NCBI GenBank assembly: GCA_947599825.1
Contig: CANQFS010000003.1
Location: 2,877 to 66,876 of the forward strand
DNA from: an uncultured Clostridia bacterium
GTDB taxonomy: Bacteria; Bacillota; Clostridia; TANB77; CAG-508
DNA length: 64,000 nucleotides
Reading direction: 5' to 3'
The notes under the pieces are model-generated. The model was not told the origin of the DNA and did not search any database. It saw only the letters and a program-made list of their open reading frames with translations. Below are positions 20,295 through 29,901 of the stretch, in pieces; positions within the stretch are counted from its first letter, which is position 1; every line of letters starts with the position of its first letter. The position numbers and the translations under genes were made by a program.

Positions 20295-21392
20295 TTATTC
20301 TAGTTCTAAAAAGCTTTTTAAAATTCCTTTGCTAATTAGTTCACTAAAAATATTTTTCAATATAAGTAAAATAATTGGTCCTAGAATAAGTCCTAACACT
20401 CCCATTAGTCTGTATCCTGTATACATTCCTACTAAAGTAAATATTGGGTGCATTCCCATTTCTTTGCTTACCATTTTAGGCTCCATAAGTTGTTTTATAA
20501 TTGCCCATATTACCCATATTACAATTACACTAATAGCAAGTGGTATATTTCCTACTAGTAATAAGTAGCCTGCCCATGGAACCATAACTGCTCCTGCGCC
20601 AAATAATGGTAGTAAATCAACTATTCCAATAAATACAGCCATCATAAATAAATATTCTACTTTAATTCCTACTAAATTGATGATGTTTAATGCAAGTAAT
20701 ACCCAAATAAAACATATTAAAGAAAGTTTTGCTTCTGCTTTTATATATTTTATAGATACACTACACATTTCATTGATGATTTGCTTTATTTTTTCAAACC
20801 ATTTGGTTGGAATTTGGCTTTTTATTGTGTTTGGTATATATTCTTTGTCAAAACAAATAAATATAATGGCTAAAATAGTAATAAATCCATAAGTTATTAT
20901 ATTAGGAACAGAACTAATGAAGTTAATTGCTCCTGTAATTAATGAAATGAATGTATTTTTTACAATGCTTATAATAGTTGTTAAAGAACTTTCTAATCCT
21001 CCTGAAAATTGCTCTGGTAGTTGTATATTTTCATTTTTTACATCATTTATTATTCCTAACGCCCAATTATAAATATCATCAAAATAAATATTAATATTTG
21101 ATAAGAAGTTACTTGCTTCTGTTATAATTTTAGATATTCCAAATGTTAGCACACTTCCTAAAATAACTAATACTAAAATAAGTGAAAGCACACTAGCTAA
21201 TTTTCTTTTCATTTTGGTATGCTTCATAAAGAATTGAATAACTGGCTCTACACAAGTTGCCACTAACATAGCAATAATAAATGGAATATAAAAAATAGCT
21301 AATCGATAAGTTAAATAAATGCCAAATAGCATTAACCCTAAAATAATAACTTTCGCAATAATTTTTGTATAATATGCGGTATCTTTTTTCAT
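20295..21392 (-). CDS. AI-2E family transporter (YtvI-like sporulation membrane protein)
   Basis: Multi-TM protein with C-terminal PIFTLVGMYTGYRLMGVLGLILGPI, typical of the AI-2E/PerM family. The ATG at 21392 follows GGAGG. The track start at 21521 reads through repeats. Confidence 0.7.
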   Translation of the reverse strand: MKKDTAYYTKIIAKVIILGLMLFGIYLTYRLAIFYIPFIIAMLVATCVEPVIQFFMKHTKMKRKLASVLSLILVLVILGSVLTFGISKIITEASNFLSNINIYFDDIYNWALGIINDVKNENIQLPEQFSGGLESSLTTIISIVKNTFISLITGAINFISSVPNIITYGFITILAIIFICFDKEYIPNTIKSQIPTKWFEKIKQIINEMCSVSIKYIKAEAKLSLICFIWVLLALNIINLVGIKVEYLFMMAVFIGIVDLLPLFGAGAVMVPWAGYLLLVGNIPLAISVIVIWVIWAIIKQLMEPKMVSKEMGMHPIFTLVGMYTGYRLMGVLGLILGPIILLILKNIFSELISKGILKSFLELE

Positions 21393-21413
21393 TTTCTTAA
21401 TTCCTCCTAGTAT

Positions 21414-21480
21414 CCTTTTGGGACGTTTCCTTTTGCTATCCTTTGGGGACGTTTCTTTTTGGTACATCTGTCCCTTTTGG
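21414..21480. repeat. GTCCC-core repeat cluster, type B (CCTTTTGGGACGTTTCC, CCTTTGGGGACGTTTC, GGTACATCTGTCCCTTTTGG)
   Basis: Read directly. GGTACATCTGTCCCTTTTGG recurs at 53220-53239 and, inverted, at 53657-53676. Confidence 0.85.
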
Positions 21481-21605
21481 ATATTTTTCTTTATTATAGC
21501 AATATTTTTGTATGGTGTCATTATTTTTTTATATTTTTTGTTAGTTTTTCTTGCTAATTTTATGATTTTCTGTTATGATATAGCAGTAGCAAGAAATTTT
21601 TTATG

Positions 21606-21845
21606 TTGATGTTAAGTTAGCTGTGCGAAGCGAAGCGAGCTACAGATAACTTATGCATAGCTGGCGGAACTTGCTAAGACTGTTCGAGCATTTGCGAGTT
21701 ACAGTCTCAGTATGTGTAGCAAATTTTATATAGTAAACTTTTTCATGCTGATGTGGCGGAACTTGCTGAGACTGTTCGAGCATTTGCGAGTTACAGTCTC
21801 AGTATGTGTAGCAAATTTTATATAATAAACTTTTTCATGCTGATG
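21606..21845 (+). repeat. Tandem 92-bp repeats (two full copies plus one degenerate) upstream of tRNA-Leu, each carrying a hairpin and the first 17 nt of the tRNA
   Basis: tggcggaact starts at 21662, 21754 and 21846, exactly 92 nt apart. gctgatgtggcggaact at 21747 equals the tRNA 5' end at 21839. The hairpin is ctgagactgt...acagtctcag. Confidence 0.85.
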
Positions 21846-21921
21846 TGGCGGAACTGGCAGACGCACTGGACTCAAAATCCAGCGGGAAACCATGTGGGTT
21901 CGAGTCCCACCATCAGCACCA
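21839..21921 (+). tRNA. tRNA-Leu (anticodon CAA), class II with long variable arm, CCA encoded
   Basis: Acceptor gctgatg/catcagc, anticodon stem ctgga/tccag with loop ctCAAaa, T arm gggttcgagtccc, 3' acca. Confidence 0.9.
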
Positions 21922-21943
21922 GTACGGTAACTAAAAGCAAAAA

Positions 21944-21984
21944 AGAATAAAGAGCCTAATTAAATCATAAAGCTCTTTATTCTT
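21944..21984. terminator. Hairpin after tRNA-Leu (aagaataaagagc / gctctttattctt)
   Basis: 13-bp stem with flanking A and T runs, so it could act bidirectionally. Confidence 0.6.
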
Positions 21985-22040
21985 TATTTTCCTTCATATC
22001 CTGTTTTTCCAAAAAGCTTAAACATATTTGTTTTATATTT
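21984..22040 (-). repeat. Orphan duplicate of the last 57 nt of pgi (including its stop codon)
   Basis: 53 of 57 positions are identical to 22929-22985. It would encode ...[18 protein letters not shown] compared with pgi ...[18 protein letters not shown]. Confidence 0.9.
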
Positions 22041-22247
22041 AGATATATATAATCAATATAAAGAAAATAGATGCAATGATAATAGAGCAGAACATGATGC
22101 AACAAATTTATGAAAAACATATCATAGGAAAAATTCCAAGGTAGTACGAGTTGATTTTTATACTATTATATGATATACTATAATAGTAGTAACTTTATTA
22201 ACAGCACCCAATTGTGTGCTAACAACAACAGAAAGGAAGATGTAGTT

Positions 22248-22883
22248 ATGGCAATCTTATTATTAGTGTTGACACTTGCTCTCAACTTTATGATTTCTTG
22301 GGCAAATGCTAACTATGTAGGTCGGTACTGGTCAGAGTCAAAGGAAGTAGGTGGTAGTTTTAGAGCCTATATCGTAGTGGGATATATCATGGCAATCGCT
22401 GGATTCACTATGGTTTATGGTTACATTTTGCTACTGGTCTCCCCTTTCTTCTTGCAAATGGCAAAAGTAGATCAAGAAACAATCCTGATGTTTGAACAAT
22501 TATCATCAGACTTGATTTATATTTTTTGTGTTGCAACTATGATTCCTACAGGTTTTTATATCTGGCTTCGTAGTTTGAAGGATTTTTGGGAACAGAAAAC
22601 TTTGGCTAGTGGCTTGACTGCTGGTTGGAACTCTTTTGCACAGATTCATAATACAGTAAATGCAGCACGAAACGCACCGAGTGCTTTAGGAAGAATTGCA
22701 AAAGCTTTCTTTGGAAAAAAAGGCAAAAAAAAGGATAATAATATAATTGTACTTTGTGCAATCTTTGTTTTTATTCTTGCTATATTCGGAGGATATTTCA
22801 CAGCATCTGCTATTATGAAAAAGGCAGACCGAGAATATGATATGTTCGCCGATCTTCAAAAAAGGAAAACAGAGTATTTCTAA
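22248..22883 (+). CDS. Hypothetical 4-TM membrane protein on a G/C-richer islet
   Basis: ATG at 22248 after AGGAAG. Four hydrophobic segments and a KKGKKKD loop. Composition is clearly richer in G/C than the surroundings (28 of 60 bases in 22321-22380 by my count). Confidence 0.6.
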   Translation: MAILLLVLTLALNFMISWANANYVGRYWSESKEVGGSFRAYIVVGYIMAIAGFTMVYGYILLLVSPFFLQMAKVDQETILMFEQLSSDLIYIFCVATMIPTGFYIWLRSLKDFWEQKTLASGLTAGWNSFAQIHNTVNAARNAPSALGRIAKAFFGKKGKKKDNNIIVLCAIFVFILAIFGGYFTASAIMKKADREYDMFADLQKRKTEYF

Positions 22884-22904
22884 GAGCACTATCTTCAAAC
22901 AAAA

Positions 22905-22935
22905 ATCCCCGGCTTAGCCGGGGGTATTTTATTTT
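22905..22935 (+). terminator. Rho-independent terminator of the islet ORF
   Basis: ccccggcttagccgggg stem-loop followed by tattttatttt. Confidence 0.75.
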
Positions 22936-24245
22936 CCTTCATATCCAGGTTTTCCTAAAAGTTTAAACATATTTGTTTTATATTTTTCTACGCCCGGTTG
23001 ATTAAATGGATTTACCCCTAATAATTTTCCAGACATAGCACAAGCAAGTTCAAAGAAATAAATAAGATGACCAATTGTTTCTTCATTTAGCTTTTCAATA
23101 TTTAGCACAATATTTGGTACTTTTCCCTCTACATGTGCTTCTATGGTTGCTTGCATTGCTTTGCTATTTACATAGTCCATAGTCTTTCCTTCTAAATAAT
23201 TTAGTTCATCTAAATTATCTTCGTCAAAATGAATATCCATATTTGCTTCTTGTTTTTCAATATTTAATACTGTTTCAAATAAATTACGTCTTCCCTCTTG
23301 AATATATTGACCAAGTGAATGTAAATCTGTTGTAAATTCTGCACCAGATGGATAAATTCCTTTTCCATCTTTTCCTTCACTTTCTCCAAATAATTGCTTC
23401 CACCATTCAATGAAATAATGTAATTTTGGTTCATACGTTACCAAAATTTCAATATTTTTTCTTTGCTCGTAAAGAAGATTTCTTAAAACGGCATATTTAT
23501 AACAATCATTATATTTTAGATTTTCGTCATTATATTTTTCCTTAGCAAATCTTGCTCCTTCCATTAGTTTGTCAATGTCAATATCGGCTACACTAATAGG
23601 AAGCAAGCCTACGGCTGTTAAAACAGAGTATCTTCCCCCTACATTATCTGGAACAACAAAGGTTTCATATCCTTCTTTCTTTGCTAATGTTTTTAATGCC
23701 CCTTTTTCTTTATCTGTTGTAACGTAAATTCTTTTTCTTGCTTCTTTTACGCCATATTTATTTTCCATAAATTCACGAAAGAAACGGAAGGCAATGGCAG
23801 GTTCCGTAGTAGTTCCTGATTTTGATATAACGTTAATAGATAAATCTCTATTTCCAATTAACTCTACCAAATCATTTAAATAGTTTCCACTCATATTATT
23901 TCCTACAAATAAAATTTGTGGTGCTTTTCTTTGCTCTTTTGGTAATAAATTATAAAATGTAGGTGTTAAGCTTTCAATTACAGCTCTTGCTCCTAAATAA
24001 GAGCCACCAATTCCTATTACTACAAATACCTCTGAATCTTTACGAATTTTTTTTGCACATTTTTTTATTCTTTCAAATTCCTCTTTATCATAATTGGTTG
24101 GCAAACTAAGCCAGCCAAGAAATTCTTTCTCATCTTCTTGTTTTTCTTGTAATTCTTTATGGATTTTTTCTACCTTTTCTGACTGTTTCAAGATTTCTTT
24201 TGTATCAATTCCACTATATTTTACTTCTAATTTCATATTGGACAT
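22929..24245 (-). CDS. pgi: Glucose-6-phosphate isomerase
   Basis: 438 aa. [33 protein letters not shown] and ESEGKDGKG motifs of the short Firmicute-type PGI. Confidence 0.95.
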   Translation of the reverse strand: MSNMKLEVKYSGIDTKEILKQSEKVEKIHKELQEKQEDEKEFLGWLSLPTNYDKEEFERIKKCAKKIRKDSEVFVVIGIGGSYLGARAVIESLTPTFYNLLPKEQRKAPQILFVGNNMSGNYLNDLVELIGNRDLSINVISKSGTTTEPAIAFRFFREFMENKYGVKEARKRIYVTTDKEKGALKTLAKKEGYETFVVPDNVGGRYSVLTAVGLLPISVADIDIDKLMEGARFAKEKYNDENLKYNDCYKYAVLRNLLYEQRKNIEILVTYEPKLHYFIEWWKQLFGESEGKDGKGIYPSGAEFTTDLHSLGQYIQEGRRNLFETVLNIEKQEANMDIHFDEDNLDELNYLEGKTMDYVNSKAMQATIEAHVEGKVPNIVLNIEKLNEETIGHLIYFFELACAMSGKLLGVNPFNQPGVEKYKTNMFKLLGKPGYEGK

Positions 24246-24357
24246 ATTTAGTCTTTCCTCCTCTTTGGCATTTTATGAGATTATTTTATCTTAATTTCTC
24301 GTATTATGCAAGATATTTTACTTGATTTTTCTTTTACTTTATTAGATAATATAGTAG

Positions 24358-25044
24358 GTGATAAATTTGACAAGTTTTATATTAAAAATAATTGGCATAA
24401 TAACTATGTTTTCAGATCATTTTGGAGATAGTGTTTTATGTAGATTTTCTTTTTTTAATTTAATAGGAAGAATTGCCTTCCCTATTTTTGCTTTTCAAGC
24501 AGTTCAGGGTTATATACATACAAAGAATTTGAAGAAACATATTTTGAAATTATTTGTGTTTGCTTGTATTTCGCAAATTCCTTTTATGCTATTTTTATCA
24601 ACCTTTACTAACTCTTTTGCGCTAAATATTTTCTTTACTTTTTTATTGGGAATGATTGCTTTATTTTTATATGAAAAGTCAAAGCATAAAATAGTAGGGT
24701 TTTTATTAGTTATATTTGTAAGTATTTTAGGAGAAGTGTTACAGGTAGATTATGGCGCTTTTGGTATTTTACTTATGTTTGTTTTTTACTTTTTCAAAGA
24801 AAAGAAATTGCAAATGACATTATGCACAATTGCGTTGTGCTTTGCAAAATATATTCCTAATATTATTACTATACCTAGTTTATACTTTCACTATTTATCT
24901 TGCGCTACTTTTACTTCTTTATCTCTTTGCTTTATTTTGTTTTACAATCAAAAAGAAGGTCCAAAGGCAAAATACTTTTTCTATATTTTTTACCCTTTGC
25001 ACCTAACTTTGTTATATATTCTTCACTTGGCACTTTATTCTTAA
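24358..25044 (+). CDS. TraX family membrane protein
   Basis: 228 aa with a GTG start. LKIIGIITMFSDHFG and a multi-TM profile typical of TraX. Confidence 0.65.
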   Translation: MINLTSFILKIIGIITMFSDHFGDSVLCRFSFFNLIGRIAFPIFAFQAVQGYIHTKNLKKHILKLFVFACISQIPFMLFLSTFTNSFALNIFFTFLLGMIALFLYEKSKHKIVGFLLVIFVSILGEVLQVDYGAFGILLMFVFYFFKEKKLQMTLCTIALCFAKYIPNIITIPSLYFHYLSCATFTSLSLCFILFYNQKEGPKAKYFFYIFYPLHLTLLYILHLALYS

Positions 25045-25203
25045 AGTGCCATTATTTTTTTATTTCCTTTTTTATATTGTCTTTATTTTCATTTAGACTT
25101 TTATGCTTGTAGTCTTATTTTTATTATGCATCATTGTCTTTATTTTCATTTATTTTTTCTTGTAGTCTTATTTTATTATGCAATACTTGTAGTTCAATTA
25201 TCT

Positions 25204-26136
25204 TTAAAGTGCCATGTTTATTCCTCTTGCTACAACAGAGGACATATTTAAAATAAGTTCGTCAATTTCTTTTGGCGTTACAATAAAATTAAAATCTTTT
25301 GGAAGAAGTGCCTCTTTAATTTGTTCATAATTATCTTCTTCTTTTAATTGATTTAAATAATCATTCGATTTTGCTTCTTGTTGCAATTTATCAATAAAAA
25401 TATCTAAAGCATCGTTTACTACTACGGCTGTTTCTACAACAGTTGGAATGCCAATAGCAATAACAGGAATGCCTAATGTATTTTGTGTAATTTCTTTTCT
25501 TGTATTTCCTACACCTGCTCCCGGCACAATTCCAGTATTGGAAATTTGAATGGTAGAGCTAATTCTTTCCATACTTCTAGAGGCTAATGCATCAATTACA
25601 ATTAACAATTTTGGCTTAATATGTTCTACAACACCTTTAATAATTTCTAAAGTTTCAATTCCTGTAGTTCCTAATACACCTGGTGCAATAGCACTAACTG
25701 ACCTTGCATTTTCATCAATATATTGTGGAAGGTAATTTATAATATGCCTTGTTACTTCAACATCTTTTATTACATTTGGACCTAACGCATCTGGCGTTAC
25801 TTCTTCGTTTCCTAAACCTACTACCAAAATATCTTCTTTAAATTGTACTTTTTCGCCTATTAATGTTTTTAATTCATTTGCTAAAGTATTTGCTGCTTGC
25901 TCTTTTTCTTCTTCCGTTAATAAATTGATTTTTTTAATATCAATGGTAATATAACTTCCCTTTACTTTTCCTATGGCTTGCTCGCCCTGTTCATTTGTAA
26001 TTTTTACTCTTGTTACTTTTACTTTTTCACTAATTTGCTCTTCCTCTGTTTCAATTCCGTCTATTTCTTCTAAATTATTAGCCTTTCTATACAAATTTCT
26101 TCTTTCGTCTGCTAAATCTGTTCTAAAATTATACAT
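25204..26136 (-). CDS. gpr: Germination protease (GPR endopeptidase)
   Basis: 310 aa. RTDLADE near the N-terminus, VVGLGN...TPDALGP, and IDALA motifs. Confidence 0.9.
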   Translation of the reverse strand: MYNFRTDLADERRNLYRKANNLEEIDGIETEEEQISEKVKVTRVKITNEQGEQAIGKVKGSYITIDIKKINLLTEEEKEQAANTLANELKTLIGEKVQFKEDILVVGLGNEEVTPDALGPNVIKDVEVTRHIINYLPQYIDENARSVSAIAPGVLGTTGIETLEIIKGVVEHIKPKLLIVIDALASRSMERISSTIQISNTGIVPGAGVGNTRKEITQNTLGIPVIAIGIPTVVETAVVVNDALDIFIDKLQQEAKSNDYLNQLKEEDNYEQIKEALLPKDFNFIVTPKEIDELILNMSSVVARGINMAL

Positions 26137-26269
26137 ACTTTTTCATCCTTTCGCTTTTCTAATTGTTTTCTTTTAGTTTTTGTTAATTTAAAAAAAGTAT
26201 GCAAGAATTGTTAAATTTTAGGGACGGGCTAAAAATTTATATTTTAGAACGAAGTAAAAATTTCTATTA

Positions 26270-26306
26270 AAGAAAAGAAAATGGTGCACATATTAAAATG
26301 TGCACC
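26270..26306 (-). terminator. Terminator hairpin of ORF 26321..26578
   Basis: ggtgcacat/atgtgcacc stem followed, on the minus strand, by attttcttttc. Confidence 0.6.
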
Positions 26307-26320
26307 ACCCGTTTTACCCA

Positions 26321-26578
26321 TTAGTAAGCACTCTGCTTTTTGAAAAGTCTAACCCACTCACCATAGAGTTCGATTTGCTCCTGTTGGGCTCTTGCCTGCT
26401 TCTGCAATTCCTCAAGAGAAGTTGCTTCGAGAATCGCATTCAAAGATATTCCTGTAAGCTCACTACTATCTAAACAACTACCTACAGACCTATCTCCTCT
26501 CTCCAGTGCCTGGTGTAACTCTTCCCAATCAGGATATACTTCTTTGACTCTTTTTTTGAAATTCTCCGGATAAAACAT
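26321..26578 (-). CDS. Hypothetical 85-aa protein, G/C-richer than the flanks
   Basis: ORF preceded by AGGAGG and followed by its own terminator. No motif recognised. Confidence 0.45.
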   Translation of the reverse strand: MFYPENFKKRVKEVYPDWEELHQALERGDRSVGSCLDSSELTGISLNAILEATSLEELQKQARAQQEQIELYGEWVRLFKKQSAY

Positions 26579-26708
26579 AATATTTTCCTCCTATAAAAAA
26601 AATTTTTTTCAATGTAGTCTCTCCTTAGATGAAAAAATAGGATTCTACATTAGTATAATTTCATTATATCATATTTTACATAAAAATGCAAATATTTGTT
26701 AACTTTTT

Positions 26709-26739
26709 GGAAACTTTTGGACGCGTCCCAAAAGTTTCC
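26709..26739. repeat. GTCCC-core palindrome, type A (GGAAACTTTTGGACGCGTCCCAAAAGTTTCC)
   Basis: Self-complementary apart from one base. It lies 11 nt downstream of the holA stop. Confidence 0.9.
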
Positions 26740-26749
26740 AAAAAGTTTT

Positions 26750-27772
26750 CTAACAATAGCGACACAATATTGATTCTAACCCTACTTCTAAGTCGATATT
26801 GCCTATTTTGTAGTTGTAATCTAAATTAATTAGTTCTTCTACAATTTGCTTTAATTCACTTTCTTGAAAGTAATTTGCCTGCATAGTATATTTGTTTACT
26901 AGAAACATTTGATTTGGTTTTAATTCTAAACTTTCTGCTATGTTTTTATTTTCTCTTTGCGCTATTTTTATGATATATAGTTTTTTAAAATGATGATATA
27001 AGGTAATTAGTATTTTTTGAATTGGTTCTTTTTGATATAGCAGACTATGTAATACTTCTAATGCTTTTTTGGTTTGTCTTTTTCCTAAATTGTCTGTTAA
27101 ATCAAAAATGATGCTATCTAATTGTTTAATACATAGTAAGTCGATTGCTTGCTTTTGTATTGTTCCACCTGTTCCAACATATTCAATTAACTTTCGTATT
27201 TCATTTATTAGTTCTTGCATATTAGTTCCACAACACTCAATAAAGTATTGTAATGTGCTATCTTCTACTTGTACTTGGTAGGCTTTGCAAATTGCTTTTA
27301 GTCTTGCTGTAATTTGTATTGGTTTTAGCTCTTGAAATTCACAAATAACACCATATTGTTCTAATATTTTATATAATTCATTTTTTTCTACTTCCTGTTC
27401 TACAAATACTAAAACAACCGCTTCTTGTATAATTTTATTGTTTTCCTTAATATATTCTGTAAGTTTGTTAATTAGTGCATTATTATTGTTTACTGTTTTC
27501 TTTTTCCCTTCTTTTTTGAAAAGACCTGTATTACGAGCAATAATTAGCTTTTTTTCATAGCCAAATGCTGGTGTTTCAATATCTGAAATAATGCTACTTA
27601 CATTACTTTCGTCTATTTTTATTTCATTAATTCCTTCTTTTGTTTCTCCAAAGTTACTTTTTATTTTTTTTAGGCATGATTCTAAAAGGAAGGTTTCTTC
27701 CCCATACAAAAGATAAATACTATTTAATTTTTCTGCTTTTAAATCTTTTTCTAAATTTTCGATTGTTATCAT
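26750..27772 (-). CDS. holA: DNA polymerase III delta subunit
   Basis: 340 aa. The length, N-terminal LYGEETFLL pattern and position next to gpr are consistent with HolA. Confidence 0.75.
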   Translation of the reverse strand: MITIENLEKDLKAEKLNSIYLLYGEETFLLESCLKKIKSNFGETKEGINEIKIDESNVSSIISDIETPAFGYEKKLIIARNTGLFKKEGKKKTVNNNNALINKLTEYIKENNKIIQEAVVLVFVEQEVEKNELYKILEQYGVICEFQELKPIQITARLKAICKAYQVQVEDSTLQYFIECCGTNMQELINEIRKLIEYVGTGGTIQKQAIDLLCIKQLDSIIFDLTDNLGKRQTKKALEVLHSLLYQKEPIQKILITLYHHFKKLYIIKIAQRENKNIAESLELKPNQMFLVNKYTMQANYFQESELKQIVEELINLDYNYKIGNIDLEVGLESILCRYC

Positions 27773-27787
27773 GAAAAACTTTTCCTT

Positions 27788-29830
27788 TTACTCATTTTCT
27801 AATATAATACGGAACACTTCTGCTACGCTCCATGCTTGCTCATATGCTCCTTTTGCCTCATAAGGCTTTTTCGAATCATAAATTTCGGATATTCCACCAA
27901 TGGTTTTTCCTTCTTTTAATTCTTTTGAAAATGTGTCTTTTACACTTTTTACAAAAGAATTATATTTTATTTGTAGTTCTTGTTTTTTGGTTTTGCTCTT
28001 TTCACTTTCAAGAATTTTTTTGAAACTATCGTAGTATATACCAAGTAGCCATGGCCACGTAATTCCTTGATGATAACTCATATCTCGTTTAAAACTATCT
28101 CCCTCATAAACTTCAACATAGTTTTCTTCCCCTTTTGCTAAGGTTTTTAATCCATAAGGATTTAATAGTTTTGTAGTTACTGTTTCAAACATTTCTTTTG
28201 CTATTTCTGTTTTAGGGTCTAAAATAGGATAAGTAAGACTTAATGCAAATAATTGATTTGGTCTTATTTTGCCGTCTCCTAAAACGTCATATAAACATTT
28301 TCTTTTTTTGTTATAAAATTTTTCTACAAAAGAATTTTGGCACTCTAACGCCATTTTTTTGTATTTGCTTGCTTTTGTTTTGCTTTCAAAGCGAGTGGTT
28401 AATTCTTCCATAATTTTTAAAGCATTATACCACATAGCGTTAATTTCTACTGCTTTTCCATTTCTTGGCGTAACAACAAAGTTTCCTATTTTTGCGTCCA
28501 TCCATGTATTTTGAATATGTTCATTTCCGCTACTTATAAGTCCATCTGTGTCAAGATAAATATCATTTTCTTCTACGTCAATTCCATTTTGATAACTTTC
28601 TATAATTTTTTTCATTACTTCGTAGAAATTTTCTTTAATGAATTTTTCGTCATTTGTGTAATTTAAGTATTTTTTGATTTGTTCAAACAATAAAAGCGAA
28701 CTATCTGCACTATTATATAAAGGACGATTGTCATAGCCGGAATATCCATTTGGAACTAACCCAAATTTGATATCACGAATCATAGTAAGCAATACTTCTT
28801 TTGCAATATCATACCTTTTGGTTTTTAGAAGTAAGCCTTCAAATGCAATTAAACTATCCCTTCCCCAGTCTAAGAACCATGGATAACCTGCAATTATAGT
28901 ATGAAGTCTAAAACTTGGACGATATACTACAAAGTTATCTGTTGCAATTATATAGTCTCGTAGTAGCTCTATTTTTTCTATTATTTCTTTATCTTGAATT
29001 TGTTTTTTATCACTTAAATTTGCCGTTACACCTGAGTCATATACAAGTGAACTTAAACGTGCTACTTCTCTACTAATTACGTCTTTTGCTTTTATTTCTT
29101 CAATATTTTCTTCTAAGGAAGCTACAAAGGTGATTTCTTTTCTTTCATTTGGTTCAATAGTAATTTCATAACAGCCTGGAATTGCATGGTTTTCTTCTGA
29201 ACAAAATCCTCTTTTTTCTTCTTCTAAATAAAACATATTTTGAAAACTATCATTTTCATGCTTTTGATAATTTCCTTCTGAAGTATATAAATAAATTGGT
29301 GTTTGAGAGTTTCCGTCTAATACCACTTTTATTTTTCTATTTTTTTCTTCTTGTTTTATTTGAAAATTATGCTTATAACTATCACTATGGAAGTCTCTAA
29401 AATTAAGAAGAGGCGCTAATGTTAATTTTGCTTCTTTTTCTTTGTTGAAGATTTGATATAATATTACTACTGTATTTTTTCCATATTCCATACAGATATA
29501 TTTTTTTATTATAACATCTTCTACTTGATATGTATAAATTGGTACGTACTCTTTTTCAAAACTAACTATATATTCATATCCTTTTGTAATATAATCTCGT
29601 CCTATATTTGTGTATAGATTATATTTTTTATTTCCTATTTCAATACTTTCATCTACTTTTGAAAGAACTAAATGTCTTCTTGCTGGTGGTGTAAGTGGCG
29701 CAACAAGTAAACCATGGTATCTTCTAGTATTTGCAGAACTCATAGTAGAACTTGCATAGCCTCCTATGCCATTAGTAATAATCCATTCTTTTTTTAGTCC
29801 TTCTTCTAAATTAATTTTTGTGTATTTCAT
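27788..29830 (-). CDS. Glycogen debranching enzyme (amylo-alpha-1,6-glucosidase family, GDE_N+GDE_C)
   Basis: 680 aa. NGIGGYASSTMSSANTRRYHGLL N-terminal motif and GYPWFLDWGRDSLIAFEGLLL (alpha/alpha)6 barrel motif. Confidence 0.85.
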   Translation of the reverse strand: MKYTKINLEEGLKKEWIITNGIGGYASSTMSSANTRRYHGLLVAPLTPPARRHLVLSKVDESIEIGNKKYNLYTNIGRDYITKGYEYIVSFEKEYVPIYTYQVEDVIIKKYICMEYGKNTVVILYQIFNKEKEAKLTLAPLLNFRDFHSDSYKHNFQIKQEEKNRKIKVVLDGNSQTPIYLYTSEGNYQKHENDSFQNMFYLEEEKRGFCSEENHAIPGCYEITIEPNERKEITFVASLEENIEEIKAKDVISREVARLSSLVYDSGVTANLSDKKQIQDKEIIEKIELLRDYIIATDNFVVYRPSFRLHTIIAGYPWFLDWGRDSLIAFEGLLLKTKRYDIAKEVLLTMIRDIKFGLVPNGYSGYDNRPLYNSADSSLLLFEQIKKYLNYTNDEKFIKENFYEVMKKIIESYQNGIDVEENDIYLDTDGLISSGNEHIQNTWMDAKIGNFVVTPRNGKAVEINAMWYNALKIMEELTTRFESKTKASKYKKMALECQNSFVEKFYNKKRKCLYDVLGDGKIRPNQLFALSLTYPILDPKTEIAKEMFETVTTKLLNPYGLKTLAKGEENYVEVYEGDSFKRDMSYHQGITWPWLLGIYYDSFKKILESEKSKTKKQELQIKYNSFVKSVKDTFSKELKEGKTIGGISEIYDSKKPYEAKGAYEQAWSVAEVFRIILENE

Positions 29831-29901
29831 TTGTTTCTCCTATTTTCTTTTGTTTGATTTTCTTTTTCTTTGCTTTTGTTCTTCTTTGTTTTCTGTTTTG
29901 A

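Noticed and set aside
21753-21950. 65-aa ORF overlapping the tRNA-Leu locus.
   Set aside because: It runs through the 92-bp leader repeat and the tRNA gene itself. The tRNA fold is far better supported.
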